A stretch of 61,055 nucleotides of DNA, filler included, from Nemertoderma westbladi (Eukaryota; Animalia; Xenacoelomorpha): the NCBI GenBank assembly GCA_032718475.1. It is 3 parts of 3 records of this genome, joined end to end, with 100 filler letters (N's around TTAATTAATTAA, not from the genome) between each part and the next. Parts side by side here need not be neighbours in the genome. Positions count along the whole stretch, not along the records: positions 19,041 to 48,318 come from JAUCBJ010002456.1; positions 48,419 to 61,055 come from JAUCBJ010003747.1; 1 more part is not named here. One strand, written 5' to 3'. Under the pieces are notes generated by a model, which was given only the letters and a program-made list of their open reading frames with translations, was not told where the DNA came from and ran no database searches. Every line of letters starts with the position of its first letter. Position 1 is the stretch's first letter. The position numbers and the translations under genes are program-made. Of this stretch, positions 36,650 to 48,989 are shown piece after piece.

Positions 36650-37372
36650 ATGGCGCAAGAACCGGTGATGCAAGAACCGGCGATGCAAGAACCGGTGTTG
36701 CAAGAACCTGTATACGGAATAGCCGACGACTATTACTGCAAGACCAAAAGCGGCAAACACCCACTCCTCCACTACCCCAGTAATAAATTGCCTGGTCGTA
36801 TATATGAATTTCAATTTAAATCCGTAACCAACTATAATAGAACGCACAGCTACCGTTGCAAGGGTTGTTTTAGGCAATGGAAAGCTGACCATGGCGTCGG
36901 CTCTGTACCGGTAATAAAAGTTATCGACGGTAACATAGTAACAGATCCCGATAGCGGACATATATGCGCGGGTATTATGGAATCAAAGGCGATTGCGCAG
37001 CAAATGTTACGCAAATCTCGTTGCGAGCTTAAAGATAATCCTCACGTAAAAAAACCGCGAACAGTCTATAATGAAACTCTGCAACGCGTCCACGACGACT
37101 ACAAAGATCGTTCGCCTGAATTTCGACGGGAGATAGAAGGATGCATACCAGAGTTCGGGAAACTCCAACGTAGTTTTCAAAAGAAGAAACGTCCGTCTAC
37201 AGCGGAATTGGATCACAAAAATTGTATTCCAAAAAAATTAAGAGTAATAATTCGCAGTAAACAAGATGCAGATCGGGGTGTGGATTGTAACAAACGGTTT
37301 CTGCTTTATAATGTACACGAACAGAAGTATGTATTCGCTAGATTAGGTTCTCCGAAGTCCGAAGTGATCTAG
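36650..37372 (+). CDS. N-terminal part of a MULE/Mutator-type transposase (FLYWCH-like zinc finger), probably spliced
   Basis: TKSGKHPLL..Y.F...YRCKGC..H.C, then PRTVY, IP..L and RFLLY, the usual pre-DDE region. GTATGT donor near 37327. No DDE core follows. Confidence 0.6.
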   Translation: MAQEPVMQEPAMQEPVLQEPVYGIADDYYCKTKSGKHPLLHYPSNKLPGRIYEFQFKSVTNYNRTHSYRCKGCFRQWKADHGVGSVPVIKVIDGNIVTDPDSGHICAGIMESKAIAQQMLRKSRCELKDNPHVKKPRTVYNETLQRVHDDYKDRSPEFRREIEGCIPEFGKLQRSFQKKKRPSTAELDHKNCIPKKLRVIIRSKQDADRGVDCNKRFLLYNVHEQKYVFARLGSPKSEVI

Positions 37373-38269
37373 GCTACTCTGTATGCCAGCCACCACCTCC
37401 ATGTGTACTGGTGTATATGGTAGGCCTACTGTTCTAGCCGCCACCGCCACATGTAATGATGGATGTTTAAGTCGTTAAATAGAAATAGTAACGATAAATA
37501 ATGTGCGGCCACATAGCTATGAGGTTGAAAACAATAATTATTTCTGATGTTTGGAGGTCGAGAGGACGAGAAGTGGTTTGTAACGAAGTGGAATAAATAT
37601 AGGCCACGGTTACTATGGGAGGGAGCGAGACAACAATTACATTACTGCATTACAAACGTGAGACTTTGAGTAGACCAAACTGCGCTAAGTGGCGTAATGT
37701 GGCAAATAGGATTATGTTCATTTATTTATGATTTGATCCCTAAATTCCGTCCAGTCCAGTTAACCAAATCTAATTCACATACCGTATCGCAATTATACCA
37801 ATGTAGCGAAAAAGTTTCTAAAAATATATTATACTTGTATCACCTTGAATTTCATGTTTTTTTATTTAGAAACATTCTATCAAAAGTAACTAACTATTGA
37901 TGGAGATTTCATAACATTTGGTGCAGCAAATTTTAGCTCAACTCTTGATTGACTGAACTACTTCACTACATAGTTACCAAATTAGTTTCAACAGCAACGA
38001 AAAAATTTATCTAAATAATTTAATTATTATTATCATTAGACAGTTACAATTAACGCAACTTGTCTACTAAATGGGTTGGTTGGTGTGTGTAACCCCGTCA
38101 ATTACATTAGATTTGTCGATCTCAACATCCTGTCCGCATAAACCCCATAAACTGTATAAGTTACACATTATAAACATTGTTTTTGTGGAAATTATTAAAT
38201 TTCCTTGCATGAATAGGAGCTGTACCAGAACATAAATGTATTAATTATAAAGAATATGTGGGTCAATGC

Positions 38270-39635
38270 CAATCTTTGGAAATCGATTGTTTTCGGCTGG
38301 AACCCAGTTCAAGAAGCGAACTGGAAAGCTATGGACTCATAGTGGACCCAGTGGTCACAAGTCTCAGATAGACCATATTCTGTTTCGTAGGAAATACAAA
38401 AGCTCTATACAAGACTGTAATGCATTTACATTTCGACCCTTCTCCAGTGATCACCGCCTTATTGTGGCCAAGGCAAGACTTAGTCTGCGTGCTAGCAGAA
38501 CAAAGAAATGACCTCTATAAGGCGCAGAAAGTTTCCCCCCTCAAACAGAATGACAGGATATTGCGCGATACTTTATAGAAGTAAAAGTGTCTGAGTCTGT
38601 ACTCCCAGATATTCCCATTGGCGATATCTCCTTTGCAGAAGTGAAGGCTGCTGCAAAGAGCATTAAGACCAATCGTGCCAGTGGAGTAGATGGTGTTCCC
38701 CCTGAGGTTTAAAATACCTGAGTGTTTAAAGCTCATCGATCCCATCATAGTAGACATGTACCGTACAACAAGAGTCCCACAAGAAATGAAAACAAATAAG
38801 TTGGTGCCAGGTCCCAAGAAGGGCAATCTAACACTCTATGGTTCTTTTCGGGGAATCTCATTGATCTCGATTGCTGCAAAGCTATACAATAGAATTCTAT
38901 TAAATCGCATCAGGGATCCCATTGAGAGACTGCTCCGTGGAAATTAGAATTCACCGAGAATTAATCGGAAACTTAAGGTCCGATTATTTAGAGCAGCAGT
39001 ACTTCCAGTACTCATCTATGGTATGGTTCTTTTCGGGGAATCTCAATGATCTCGATTGCTGCAAAGCTATACAATAGAATTCTATTAAATCGCATCAGGG
39101 ATCCCATTGAGAGACTGCTCCGTGGAAATCAGAATTCACCGAGAATTAATCGGAAACTTAAGGTCCGATTATTTAGAGCAGCAGTAGTTCCAGTACTCCT
39201 CTATGGGAGTCCATGCTGGGCTCTAACTGCTGAGGACACCAAATCTCTGGATGGCACATTCACAAGAATGCTACGCCGGGTTCACTGTGTCAAGTACAAT
39301 GCACACATCTCCAACCAGACACTATATAACATTGGAGGTGTCTCATTGGTTCCCCCAAGCTTGACAATAGAACAAAGCGGCCTCCGCTTTGCAGGGCATT
39401 GCCGTGAGAACCAGCCAGTGCATAATCTTGTACTTTGGCAGCCTCATGGAGTGAATAAGCATGGTGGAAAGCCCATGACTTTCATGAGACGCATCTTAAA
39501 GGACACTGGCCTTGAAGATGCGGATGATCTAGCAAATGTCATGGGTGATAGGGAGTTGTGGCGGTGCAATTTTATCGATAAGCCGGCACAGCATTCTTAA
39601 AAATGCAGATGCAATGGAGCATGCCGATCCTAGTA
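38270..39635 (+). mobile_element. RTE-type LINE, family B, internally deleted and duplicated
   Basis: APE endonuclease end (QIDHIL, SDHRL), RT start (RGISL..IAAKLYNRIL) and C-terminus near-identical to 59206-60565. Confidence 0.88.
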
Positions 39636-39643
39636 CAGTAGTA

Positions 39644-41107
39644 GGGTCAATGCCAACCATATTGACCAAGTCACGTACGGGACAAAAAAGATACAAAAAT
39701 GTAAATCATTTGAGAATGAATGGTCCGTTGGCTATGATAATTAGAGCGCCGAATACACAATAATGGGTCCCCTCCTGCTGTGATACACTCCAACCACAGT
39801 TTGTTATAGAAGAGACTACAACGAATTAAAAAAAAAAATCGTCACTTACGGGACAAATTTCAAATTTTGTTAATGTGATTACGGGCTCATTTTGGCCAAT
39901 AAAATTACAATTCAGGTGCTAAACGATTATCCCTGAGACTGAGTATAATTCCTGTGATTGTGAACAAATAATCCTTCGTATTAAATTTGAGATATCAGAA
40001 ATACAAAAAAAAATAAAGGTGGTCCGATTTTTTGTCACATACGTGACACTCAGTAAATGATTATTTTAATGGCATATAACTTGTCAAATGTGAGCCATTA
40101 ACCCGATGTGTTATAACACTTCCACTAATATTCTTCCACATAAATCAGTTAGATTGACAATTTTAGGTGGTTAATCAGTGCATATGAATCATTTCCGTGA
40201 GCGTGTCCATGTCCAAAATGGTCCAAAAAAAGTGTCCCATACTTAACGGAGGTTTTCTATCAGAAAACGCGAACTCATATAAAGATTTAGATCACCACAT
40301 CCATTTCTCAGATAGTTTTGCCATGTATGTATGGGTTCAGGGTTGTATCAGTGAGATTGCTACGTAAACATTTATTTGGCCAGGTTGAAAAAACTACCAT
40401 GTCCCATAGCGTGACGGCCTGTCCCATACTTGACATTGTGATGGTGGCCGAAGTTAATCAGGTCCAAAACAATTATTACATACATTTAATTAATGGCTGG
40501 GGGCTTACCAGTCACAGATAAACTGTAACCTGCTCCTTCCCCTTAATTGACAACAGACCAAATTAATTTATTACCAAATTAACTATTTATGGAAAGGGTT
40601 TTGAGATTGGGGCAGTAGTTGAGAGTTGGATGTAAGTTGGGAATGGAACAGGAGTTGGCAGTGGGAAGGACGTTAAACCGGATTTAAATTCTAGTACGGA
40701 GGAGTTGTTTGAAGAATTTTATGATTTGTTTTTAATTGGAAAATAAATGTCAAAATTTATAATAATCGTTTCCATGTAAATTCCTTCCTATACCATATCA
40801 CTATGTCCCATACATGACATCAAAAAATTACTCTTTTACATTTTCAAATTAATTATCCAATTATCAAGAATATGGACATAATTTTTTTATAAATTTCCCA
40901 TACGTGACAAAAAATTGTTCTAAAGTTTTGCATTCCGGAACGTTTCTCTCAATAACGGCCAAGGTTTTTTGGGGCACTTTCTGGTTTCATATGCAGAAAT
41001 TATCGCTCTTTCTATCATCAATGACTGATTCTCAAAGTTAATTTCAAAATTCAACAAATCCCAAAAATCACGTACGGGACATTGGTCAATAAGGTTGGCA
41101 TTGACCC
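39644..41107. mobile_element. Non-autonomous DNA transposon, 1.46 kb, 26-bp TIRs
   Basis: GGGTCAATGCCAACCATATTGACCAA at the left, TTGGTCAATAAGGTTGGCATTGACCC at the right, with a recurring internal GTC(A/C)C(A/G)TACG(T/G)GACA motif. Confidence 0.8.
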
Positions 41108-41694
41108 AAATGTCATTTCAGTAAACGGAGTATTATACATCCCCCCCCCCCCCCCCCCTTATTTCTCGTACCCCACCCGCCATTTTAATACAAAGTATAA
41201 ATGTGCTACGTTCCACACTGTTAAAGCAGAACCAGGTGAGTATAAGGTAAAATGTTTCCACCTCCAAATAAAGTTTATAACTAACTGACTATTATAAAAT
41301 TAAAATTGCGATAATAATGACATGAAACAGTTGTAAAAAATAATAGCCAAATATCCTTATTGTATAAAAATAAGTCCCGAGCCTCTATATATGGCTAGTT
41401 ACTCTGAGTTTCTCGGTTCATAATAGTACTGAGTATATTGAAGAAGCGAACATCTCCACTTGTCAACTCCACTTGCTCTGTGTCTTGAACTGTATGTGGA
41501 GTGACCCATAATCTGTACCAGTAAAGTCCGAATTATATTAGTAAAGTTAAGTGAAATGCTTCGGAAGGTATAAATCCGTCATTATATTAAAAGAAGATGC
41601 CTTTATTTCACTTCCATCTATGTATTTGAGGGATAAAAGTAGAATCTTAATTCCTTCAAAGTGAGTTATAAATTTGGATAAAAAAGGAATATTA

Positions 41695-42120
41695 CTATAA
41701 TGTTTCCTCATCATCACTGGAACATTTCTTCCTCATGTTGTCCAACATTGACTGGGTTATCTCGGCGAACGTTTTGATTGGCCACTTATCAACTTGGCTC
41801 TTCCAGTTCCTGACTGTCTGATACAGCTGATCCGGGGAGCCGCATTCCATATCTGGAAACTCCTCGTGCAACTGAGTCCAGGGGACCCCAGAGAATCCCG
41901 GGCAATTCAATGTCTGGATTCGCTCCAAAAGGTTTATGCAGACGACAATTTTCTTACGTTTCCTTTTAACTCGTCCGGGACAGTTTATATGGAAACACAA
42001 AGACATTAGGTACCTATTCTTACACTGTATAGTAGTTCTTTTGTTGGAATGGGTTTCGTTAAACTTTTTACTAACTTTGGCCCAAGGGATTCCTGTAAAC
42101 ACATAAACTAGATCATCCAC
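41695..42120 (-). CDS. Exon 2 of Myb/SANT protein, TTF1/DMTF1 (Reb1)-like
   Basis: TTTTCTTTCAG acceptor. GIPWAKVSKK..RTTIQCKNRY and VPWTQL motifs. Phase 0 matches the GAG|GTAGGT donor at 46581. Confidence 0.8.
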   Translation of the reverse strand: MDDLVYVFTGIPWAKVSKKFNETHSNKRTTIQCKNRYLMSLCFHINCPGRVKRKRKKIVVCINLLERIQTLNCPGFSGVPWTQLHEEFPDMECGSPDQLYQTVRNWKSQVDKWPIKTFAEITQSMLDNMRKKCSSDDEETL

Positions 42121-42655
42121 CTGAAAGAAAAACAATAAATATTTCTTATAATTATTCTACATTTATTAATAATCGTTATCTATGATATTTGTATTTTTCT
42201 TGTAGACTTCTGGTTATATATTATCCCCCATTTAGCAGTTGTCAGGTCAGTAATGGTTGACCGATGCGCCTGTAAATAGCCTCTCGTCAACAAGTCAACC
42301 CCACCGACTAGCGGTACTGGCTGTTTTTGCTGACGGGGCTCTGTCGAACAACGCGTCCCTGATAGCAGTAAAGGGGGTCTCTTTATTGAGAGGCAGTATT
42401 ATTATTGCCGCGGAACTGCCCCAACTCAACACGACTCCCACTCTCGCTCTCCGACGAAAATGAACATAAAATCAACATACACCAACCCACTACCCTACCC
42501 CACACCGCGACACCCACCCACACCTACGATCTGAAAGATTGTACCCAATACAAAAAAACAGGATAAGTTGAATCATGCAACTAGAGCGGTAAGCTTGCAA
42601 GACGAATGCATGATTTACCGCAATAATTTTATTGTCCGTTTAAATCCTTTTTTTG

Positions 42656-42861
42656 TCCTTTTTTTTTTTACTTTTTATGTCCTCCAGAAATCTACCGTTA
42701 GGTTCCATGCTACCGGTTTCTATACTGCTGTTCTCTCAGGCTATCAGTACCGGTATTAGTTTTTTTTTTTTACTTTTTATGTCCTCCAGAAATTTACCGT
42801 TAGGTTCCATGCTACCGGTTTCTCTACTGCTGTTCTCTCAGGCTATCAGTACCGGTATTAG
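42656..42861. repeat. ~102-bp direct tandem duplication
   Basis: (T)nACTTTTTATGTCCTCCAGAAAT...CCGGTATTAGT occurs twice. Confidence 0.9.
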
Positions 42862-43031
42862 TATATAGAGCACTATTTTGCAGTATTGCTGTATTATAGG
42901 GCTATGTACAGATGTAGGTATAAAGCAGGTATTTTAGGTATTTTAGTACCGGCACCGGTACTACTGTAGGCCTACTGTGTAGCCTACCATTTAAATACGG
43001 TACTGGTAGTGGTAGGCCCACCGGCTGACCG

Positions 43032-43560
43032 GTTGTTTTGGTTAGAAAATCCCGCCTCTGTAACCTGCTCCTTTCCCTGATTTGGTAAAGTAACCGTTTA
43101 TTGTTTTGGTTAGAAAGGCCTGCCTCTGTAACCTGCTCCTTTCCTTCATTTTAAGTGACTGTTTATTGTTTTGGTTAGAAAATCCCGCATCTGTAACCTG
43201 CCCCTTTCCCTCAATTAGTTAAGTGATCGTTTATTGTTTTGGTTAGGAAATCCCGCCTCTGTAACCTGCTCCTTTCTTTCAATTGGTAATGTTATCGTTT
43301 ATTGTTTTGGTTAGAAAATCCCGTCTCTGTAACCTGCTCCTTTCCCTGATTTGGTAAAGTGACTGTTTATTGTTTTGGTTAGAAAATCCCGCCTCTGTAA
43401 CCTGCTCCTTTCTCTCAATTAGTTAAATGATCGTTTATTGTTTTGGTTAGAAAGGCCCGCCTCTGTAACCTGCTCCTTTCCTTCATTTGGTAAAGTGACT
43501 GTTTATTGTTTTGGTTAGAAAATCCGGCCTTAACCTGCTCCTTTCCATCAATTGGTAATT
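43032..43560. repeat. ~68-bp tandem array (~8 copies) related to the G-tract MITE interior
   Basis: Unit contains GTTTATTGTTTTGGTTAGAAAATCCCGCCTCTGTAACCTGCTCCTTTCCC. Confidence 0.9.
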
Positions 43561-44240
43561 GTTTTTGGCTATAAAATGAGTGTTTTGCTACGTCATGTGG
43601 TAATCGATTATCGACAACAACCACAAACTATTAAATTTAGAGTCTTTTACCACAGGCGCATATGGAAATCTATCTCATAGTCTATAAATCATGGAATCAT
43701 GGAATGTTTTGGCACAGGCATAGTGAAATCAACTGTCTGACAGTCCAGAAATCAACAAATTTTGAATGTTTTGGCAAAGGCATGTTGAAATCAACTGTCT
43801 GACAGTCCAGAAATCAGCAGTCTGACAGATGGAAGAAATACATACATAAAAAGTCATGAAAAGGACAACAAAAGTCATTAAAGGGACAACAAAAGTCATT
43901 ATGCACAATTCGTAAAAAAAGGAGGACAAAAAAGTCAAATAAAAGGACATAAAAAATCACTGCCAATTCATTCATCATACAGCATCTGATATATTCACAG
44001 GTTATTGTTAGAACTTAGGTCCGGTACAGTAAAGCTGTAGAATTTTAAAACAACAGCTGATTTACATTTTACAATGTTGTAATTTATAAATATTCAAACA
44101 TCTATAGTGGGCAAAGACATCTATATTATCTAATTGTACATGATTACATTATACAAGAATCTGCGATTTGGGTACCTCGGTCCGCGGACCAGAAGGCAGT
44201 ATAATGCCGTATTATCCTCTTATATAATCGACCATTTCTA

Positions 44241-46080
44241 GTATTGTATTGTATTGTATTGTATTTGCTCTCCATTTAACATATGCACTCGAAATAAAAT
44301 TGCATACAGAATTATATGTTAAATTAATACTCATAGGACATAATGTAATATGAATAAATAATGTGAAACCGGAAAGATTATGTATGTTAGGATTTAGGAG
44401 GGAGAAGACCGCCAAGGCGTAAAAGCACTAATAGGGGCCCAATAAAATTAAAGATAATATTAAAAATACTAATTAGATCTAAAAACCAATTTTACAAACA
44501 TTCACAACAAATAAAAACATCAAAATCGTGCAGGTATATAAATTAGGTTAAGAGGTTGCAAATAGGCATATAGATAAATCATAATTAATTAAAACTATAC
44601 AAATGACTTAAATCTACATTCTTAAGCAGACGATTGAAAGTGATAACATTCGGCGCATTAACAACATCGTGAGGTAAACTGTTCCAAGTATTTACTGTAC
44701 GTTGGGAAAAACGGTTATTTGAGATTACTAAGCGGCTAGACTGTGTGTATAACTTGTAATTATGACCACGAAGACCCGGGCGTTGGACATACTCGAAAAA
44801 ATCGCTAAACTGAATATCTACTTTACCATGACACATGTTATACACCAAACGCAAATCAAAAATAATACGCCTAGCTTGGAGAGGTTGCAAATTAAGAAAT
44901 GCCAGCCTATTTATGTAGCTATCATCTAGGTATGAGATATTGCACCTCTTAAAAAGCCTGCGGGTAAAATAACGTTGCGCACGTTCAACTAGTTTAATAT
45001 TGAAAAGCTGATGGGGTGACCAGACAACTGTACTAAATTCTAATAATGGTCGCACGTAGGATCTATAAGCAGTTAACAATGATTTCATATTGGAAGAATA
45101 AAAACACCGAAATATAATATTTATGACCTTGTACGCCTTAAGAACCTGCTCCTTACAGTATTTACTAAATTTTAAATCGTTGCACATGGTAATACCTAGA
45201 TCTTTACAACTAGTTTTAACTTTGAGACAATTACCATTGAGAACATAATCACTTTGATCCAGTTTACGATTCCCAATATGCAAAACATGACATTTAGAAG
45301 TAGCAACACTCAATTGCCAAGTATTACACCAAATCGACAATGTATCCAAAGCGCACTGAATGTCAACATGTTTACTATGGTCAGCGTAAATTTTTAGATC
45401 ATCAGCAAATAGTTTAGTACTAACAGCATGCAAATTATTAGGTAGGTCATTAATAAATATAATAAATAAAACAGGGCCTACCACACTACCTTGAGGGGTA
45501 CCCGATATGACGTCAACAAAATCTGAATAATTTCTACCAACAAGCACACGAAATTTACGATTTGATAAAAAAGAATGAAACCAAGCTAACAAATTACCGG
45601 AAATTCCGTAAGCAGCAAGTTTTAGCAATAGTTTGGCGTGGACGACCTTGTCGAAGTCAATGTAAACAACATCAACATCTTTTCGTTTGTGCAGAATCCG
45701 AAACCAATCATTAGTGCACTCAATTAAATGAGTCGCAGTTGATTTACGTTTTAAGAATCCGTGCTGCTGCTTAGAGATTAGGCGGTTAGTTAATAGATAC
45801 GATAGTAACTCCTTATTTATAATCGTTTCCATTACTTTGCACGCAACACATGTAAGTGAAATAGGTCTGTAATTATACGGGTTAGATGAGTCTCCCTTTT
45901 TATACATAGGTATTACAATTGCTGTACACCAAATAGAGGGTAAAGCGTGCGAAATGAATGACAATTCAAAAATAGCTGACAACGGCGCCGCTAGTTGGCG
46001 TGCCAGGTTCTTATACAAATTGCTAGGTAGACTATCGGGGGTATTACTAGTTTTACTAGGTAAATTGATTAGTATTGATT
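44241..46080 (-). mobile_element. 5'-truncated CR1/L2-group LINE in the intron of the Myb gene
   Basis: 477-aa RT ORF (YRPISLT, QHGF, PQGSVVGP, FADDLK, LRGHNYKL, WNSLP), a 3' UTR and an (AATAC)n tail. Confidence 0.92.
44585..46018 (-). CDS. LINE reverse transcriptase fragment (no endonuclease)
   Basis: RT motifs are present, but the DFxKAFD motif is reduced to DFD (small in-frame deletion), so it is probably non-functional. Confidence 0.8.
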   Translation of the reverse strand: MYKNLARQLAAPLSAIFELSFISHALPSIWCTAIVIPMYKKGDSSNPYNYRPISLTCVACKVMETIINKELLSYLLTNRLISKQQHGFLKRKSTATHLIECTNDWFRILHKRKDVDVVYIDFDKVVHAKLLLKLAAYGISGNLLAWFHSFLSNRKFRVLVGRNYSDFVDVISGTPQGSVVGPVLFIIFINDLPNNLHAVSTKLFADDLKIYADHSKHVDIQCALDTLSIWCNTWQLSVATSKCHVLHIGNRKLDQSDYVLNGNCLKVKTSCKDLGITMCNDLKFSKYCKEQVLKAYKVINIIFRCFYSSNMKSLLTAYRSYVRPLLEFSTVVWSPHQLFNIKLVERAQRYFTRRLFKRCNISYLDDSYINRLAFLNLQPLQARRIIFDLRLVYNMCHGKVDIQFSDFFEYVQRPGLRGHNYKLYTQSSRLVISNNRFSQRTVNTWNSLPHDVVNAPNVITFNRLLKNVDLSHLYSFN

Positions 46081-46581
46081 CATATAGTAAGAATGTTTAA
46101 TGTTCTATGTCTAGGCTATAGAGTATAATATAAGATAAGTAGGCAGATGGTATAGGAGCCAATAATATATACAGTAATCGAATAATCGACTACAGTATCA
46201 TATTTTCAGTCACTAGACATTCCCAGTATATTAAAAAAATATAAAAAAATCACAACCAGCAGATTTTGGATTTTATCGGTCATACATCATAACGCACATA
46301 AGTGAATAACATGTGAGCTTTATGCGGCTGAACTCAAGTTGTTGCGATATTAATGTGACATAACTCAAGCAGTCAAGTACATCGCTTGCGTAAAGGGTCG
46401 GCCATACCATAACTCACAGCTGATACGCCTGTGTTGCACGCTTGCGATACGCTTGCGCACTTTTCACTGGGTAGTCTAGTCTATACTACAGTATTGCAGT
46501 ATTCAGGTATTAGTGATTACTGGATTAGCTATTAGCAGATTAGTAATAGCTGATATATGCTAATACTATAGACTTACCTAC

Positions 46582-47148
46582 CTCTAAGACTTCTTTAATA
46601 ACTTCTATTAAGTCTCCATCTTCCTCTTCACTCCACTTCTTGGGTGGCTCTGAAAATGATCCCGCCTTCACGAACTCCCCGCCGTCTCGGTACTGAATAT
46701 AGGAGATGATTGATTCCGCTGATCGGCCGATGGCCAGAGCGATATCGGTGGGACCATAACCTCTCGACACCATATCCGTTATAGTAGTTTTCTCCTCGGG
46801 GTTAAAATCGCCTTTATAGTTGCCCGGAGATACTAGTTTCCGGGCTCGCATATAACACGCCTCTCTATCGCGATCCAACCCTCTACACAGCCATTTGGAT
46901 ACCTCTTGTTCCCTCAATCGTTGTCGCAAAGCTCTGCCGTTTTGGTACTGCAACGGGTAAATACAAATGTGATCGTCGTCGTAGTCAAATTCCCTTCTAA
47001 ATAGTTTTAAATTTTTGAGTAGTTTTATATCCTCTGTTTCAGTCCACCTGCCTGTTTTAAGTTTATAACCCATTGCTTTAATCTCAGAATATCGAGTTTT
47101 ATTCCTCCTTAAGGCGAAGATTTCATGGATTATTCTATCGCTGGCCAT
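46582..47148 (-). CDS. Exon 1 of Myb/SANT protein, TTF1/DMTF1 (Reb1)-like
   Basis: KTGRWTETEDIKL, KGDFNPEEK..I..AIGRS and KKWSEEEDGDL Myb repeats. 189 codons to a phase-0 donor; spliced product ~330 aa. Confidence 0.82.
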
Positions 47149-47376
47149 CGCACGCTGTAGTGAATTTGTGATTAAGTGTTGGCCAAGGACTAAAACTATA
47201 CTACAGTACTACGCATGCAGTACGGTACCGGTACTACAATACTACATAAATTAGTGAAGGCCTACTGGCTGACTGGGTAACTACAAAACCACATCCCACA
47301 GGAGCACTCTACTGAGTAATGTGGACGTGGAGTAACGTGGATGCCATTTTTCGTCGTTTTAAATATATCAGCGCTA

Positions 47377-47683
47377 CAGATAGGGGGAGGGGGGGGGGGG
47401 GGGGGGGGGGGTGGGGGGGAACTGGACGCAATAAAAATTCATCACTCTCCAGGGGAAATTCGACGCAAATAATAGCTGATTACTCTCAAAAGTAAAACTG
47501 TAACCTGTTCTATTGTGTTTAGTTTATTGTTTTGGTTAAAATAACGTGCCATTGTCTGGTTGTAACCTGCTCCTTTCCCTAAATTCTGAAATTGAGAATT
47601 TAACCTGTTAACATTGAGGCTGGATATTAATTCGCCAAGATGGGATTTGCGTCCAGTCCCCCCCCCCCCCCCCCCCCCCCCCT
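47377..47683 (+). mobile_element. G-tract MITE, full-length copy
   Basis: poly-G ACTGGACGCAA ... TTGCGTCCAGT poly-C terminal inverted structure. Confidence 0.85.
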
Positions 47684-48127
47684 TATTATCCCCCCTATTA
47701 TCTTACTAATATTATCATACTATTCAGTCATTATCCTGTTATCCGTTGTACCTAACAGCGTTTGATATACAAAAAAAAATTAATTTAGCAGAACGAAACA
47801 CAATAATTTATTTTTATTATAATATGTCGTTTTGATGTTGCATAATAATTTATTATAGATGTGGTATAATTACAATAATTTATGACATAAATTTTGCAAC
47901 TTTCATTAAAACTTCTTTCCCATCAATCTCGCAGGATCGTTTAACACTCAAGTTATTTAAAAATATGTTAAAATTGAAAATATGCTAGTCCATGGACAGA
48001 TCCACCACAATATTTAACTCCGGGTTTGCAATAAACTTTATCAGCCAATATGATACAGTTTTTGTTTATCGGTCAGTCCTTTAACTTTGTACCAGTAAGA
48101 ACTCTAAATCACTCACATTGTCCACTT

Positions 48128-48318
48128 GACTACTACTACTAGGTTGAGCGAACTCGGACAGTGGAAATGAGATCCTTCCAGGCTTCCCGATTCTCCATAG
48201 TTGTCGCAATTTCGTTTCTCCCAAGTTCAGTATCCCTTTCAAGTTGATCTATATACAGTATGTTATGGCTGGTCGTCCATCACTACGCTTTCCATGAGTT
48301 GGTTGCCAGAGAAGTAGA
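48128..48318 (-). mobile_element. RTE-type LINE family A 3' end, cut by gap
   Basis: Near-identical to 14531-14715, including the (TAG)n tail. Confidence 0.9.
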
Positions 48319-48418
48319 NNNNNNNNNNNNNNNNNNNNNNNNNNNNNNNNNNNNNNNNNNNNTTAATTAATTAANNNNNNNNNNNNNNNNNNNNNNNNNN
48401 NNNNNNNNNNNNNNNNNN
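48319..48418. other. Scaffold gap with artificial stop linker
   Basis: N44-TTAATTAATTAA-N44. Confidence 0.97.
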
Positions 48419-48989
48419 AGGCTCTACCGGCACACCGCCAATTTATAGGTGATCCGGATGGGGTGATGCAATAGGGTGACGCAATCGCTCTCCTATTGGC
48501 TCTCCAGTCCGCGCTAGCATTAGACCAACCTGGAAGCAGTTAATCCAATAAGGAGGCCGGATTGTAGCCCTATGCCCTCAAATTATTACCATATATGGTA
48601 ATGGATCACGTCCCTGGCTGCTGAATGGCCAGGACGGCGTCCCTATATGCTAGCCCTATCAAACTAATATCAGCAAGCACAAAATCCAGGGTCCGAATAA
48701 ACTCGCTACCCTGGAACTATCTACATATATCCTAATACAAAATTACGTAGGTAGGGCTACATACTATACAAAATGGATGGACTCAAATATATGGGCGTTT
48801 TGATTTCCCTATCTAAATACCACTGCGTTATTATGCCTTATCTAAAATATCACGCTGCACAATGGACTAATATTACGTACAGTATAACAGACTAATATTG
48901 CATACTGCACAACGGACTAATATTGCATACTGCATGATGACTAATAATATGGATACAGCGCCATATACCGTAACAGGCTCTATAGCCTC

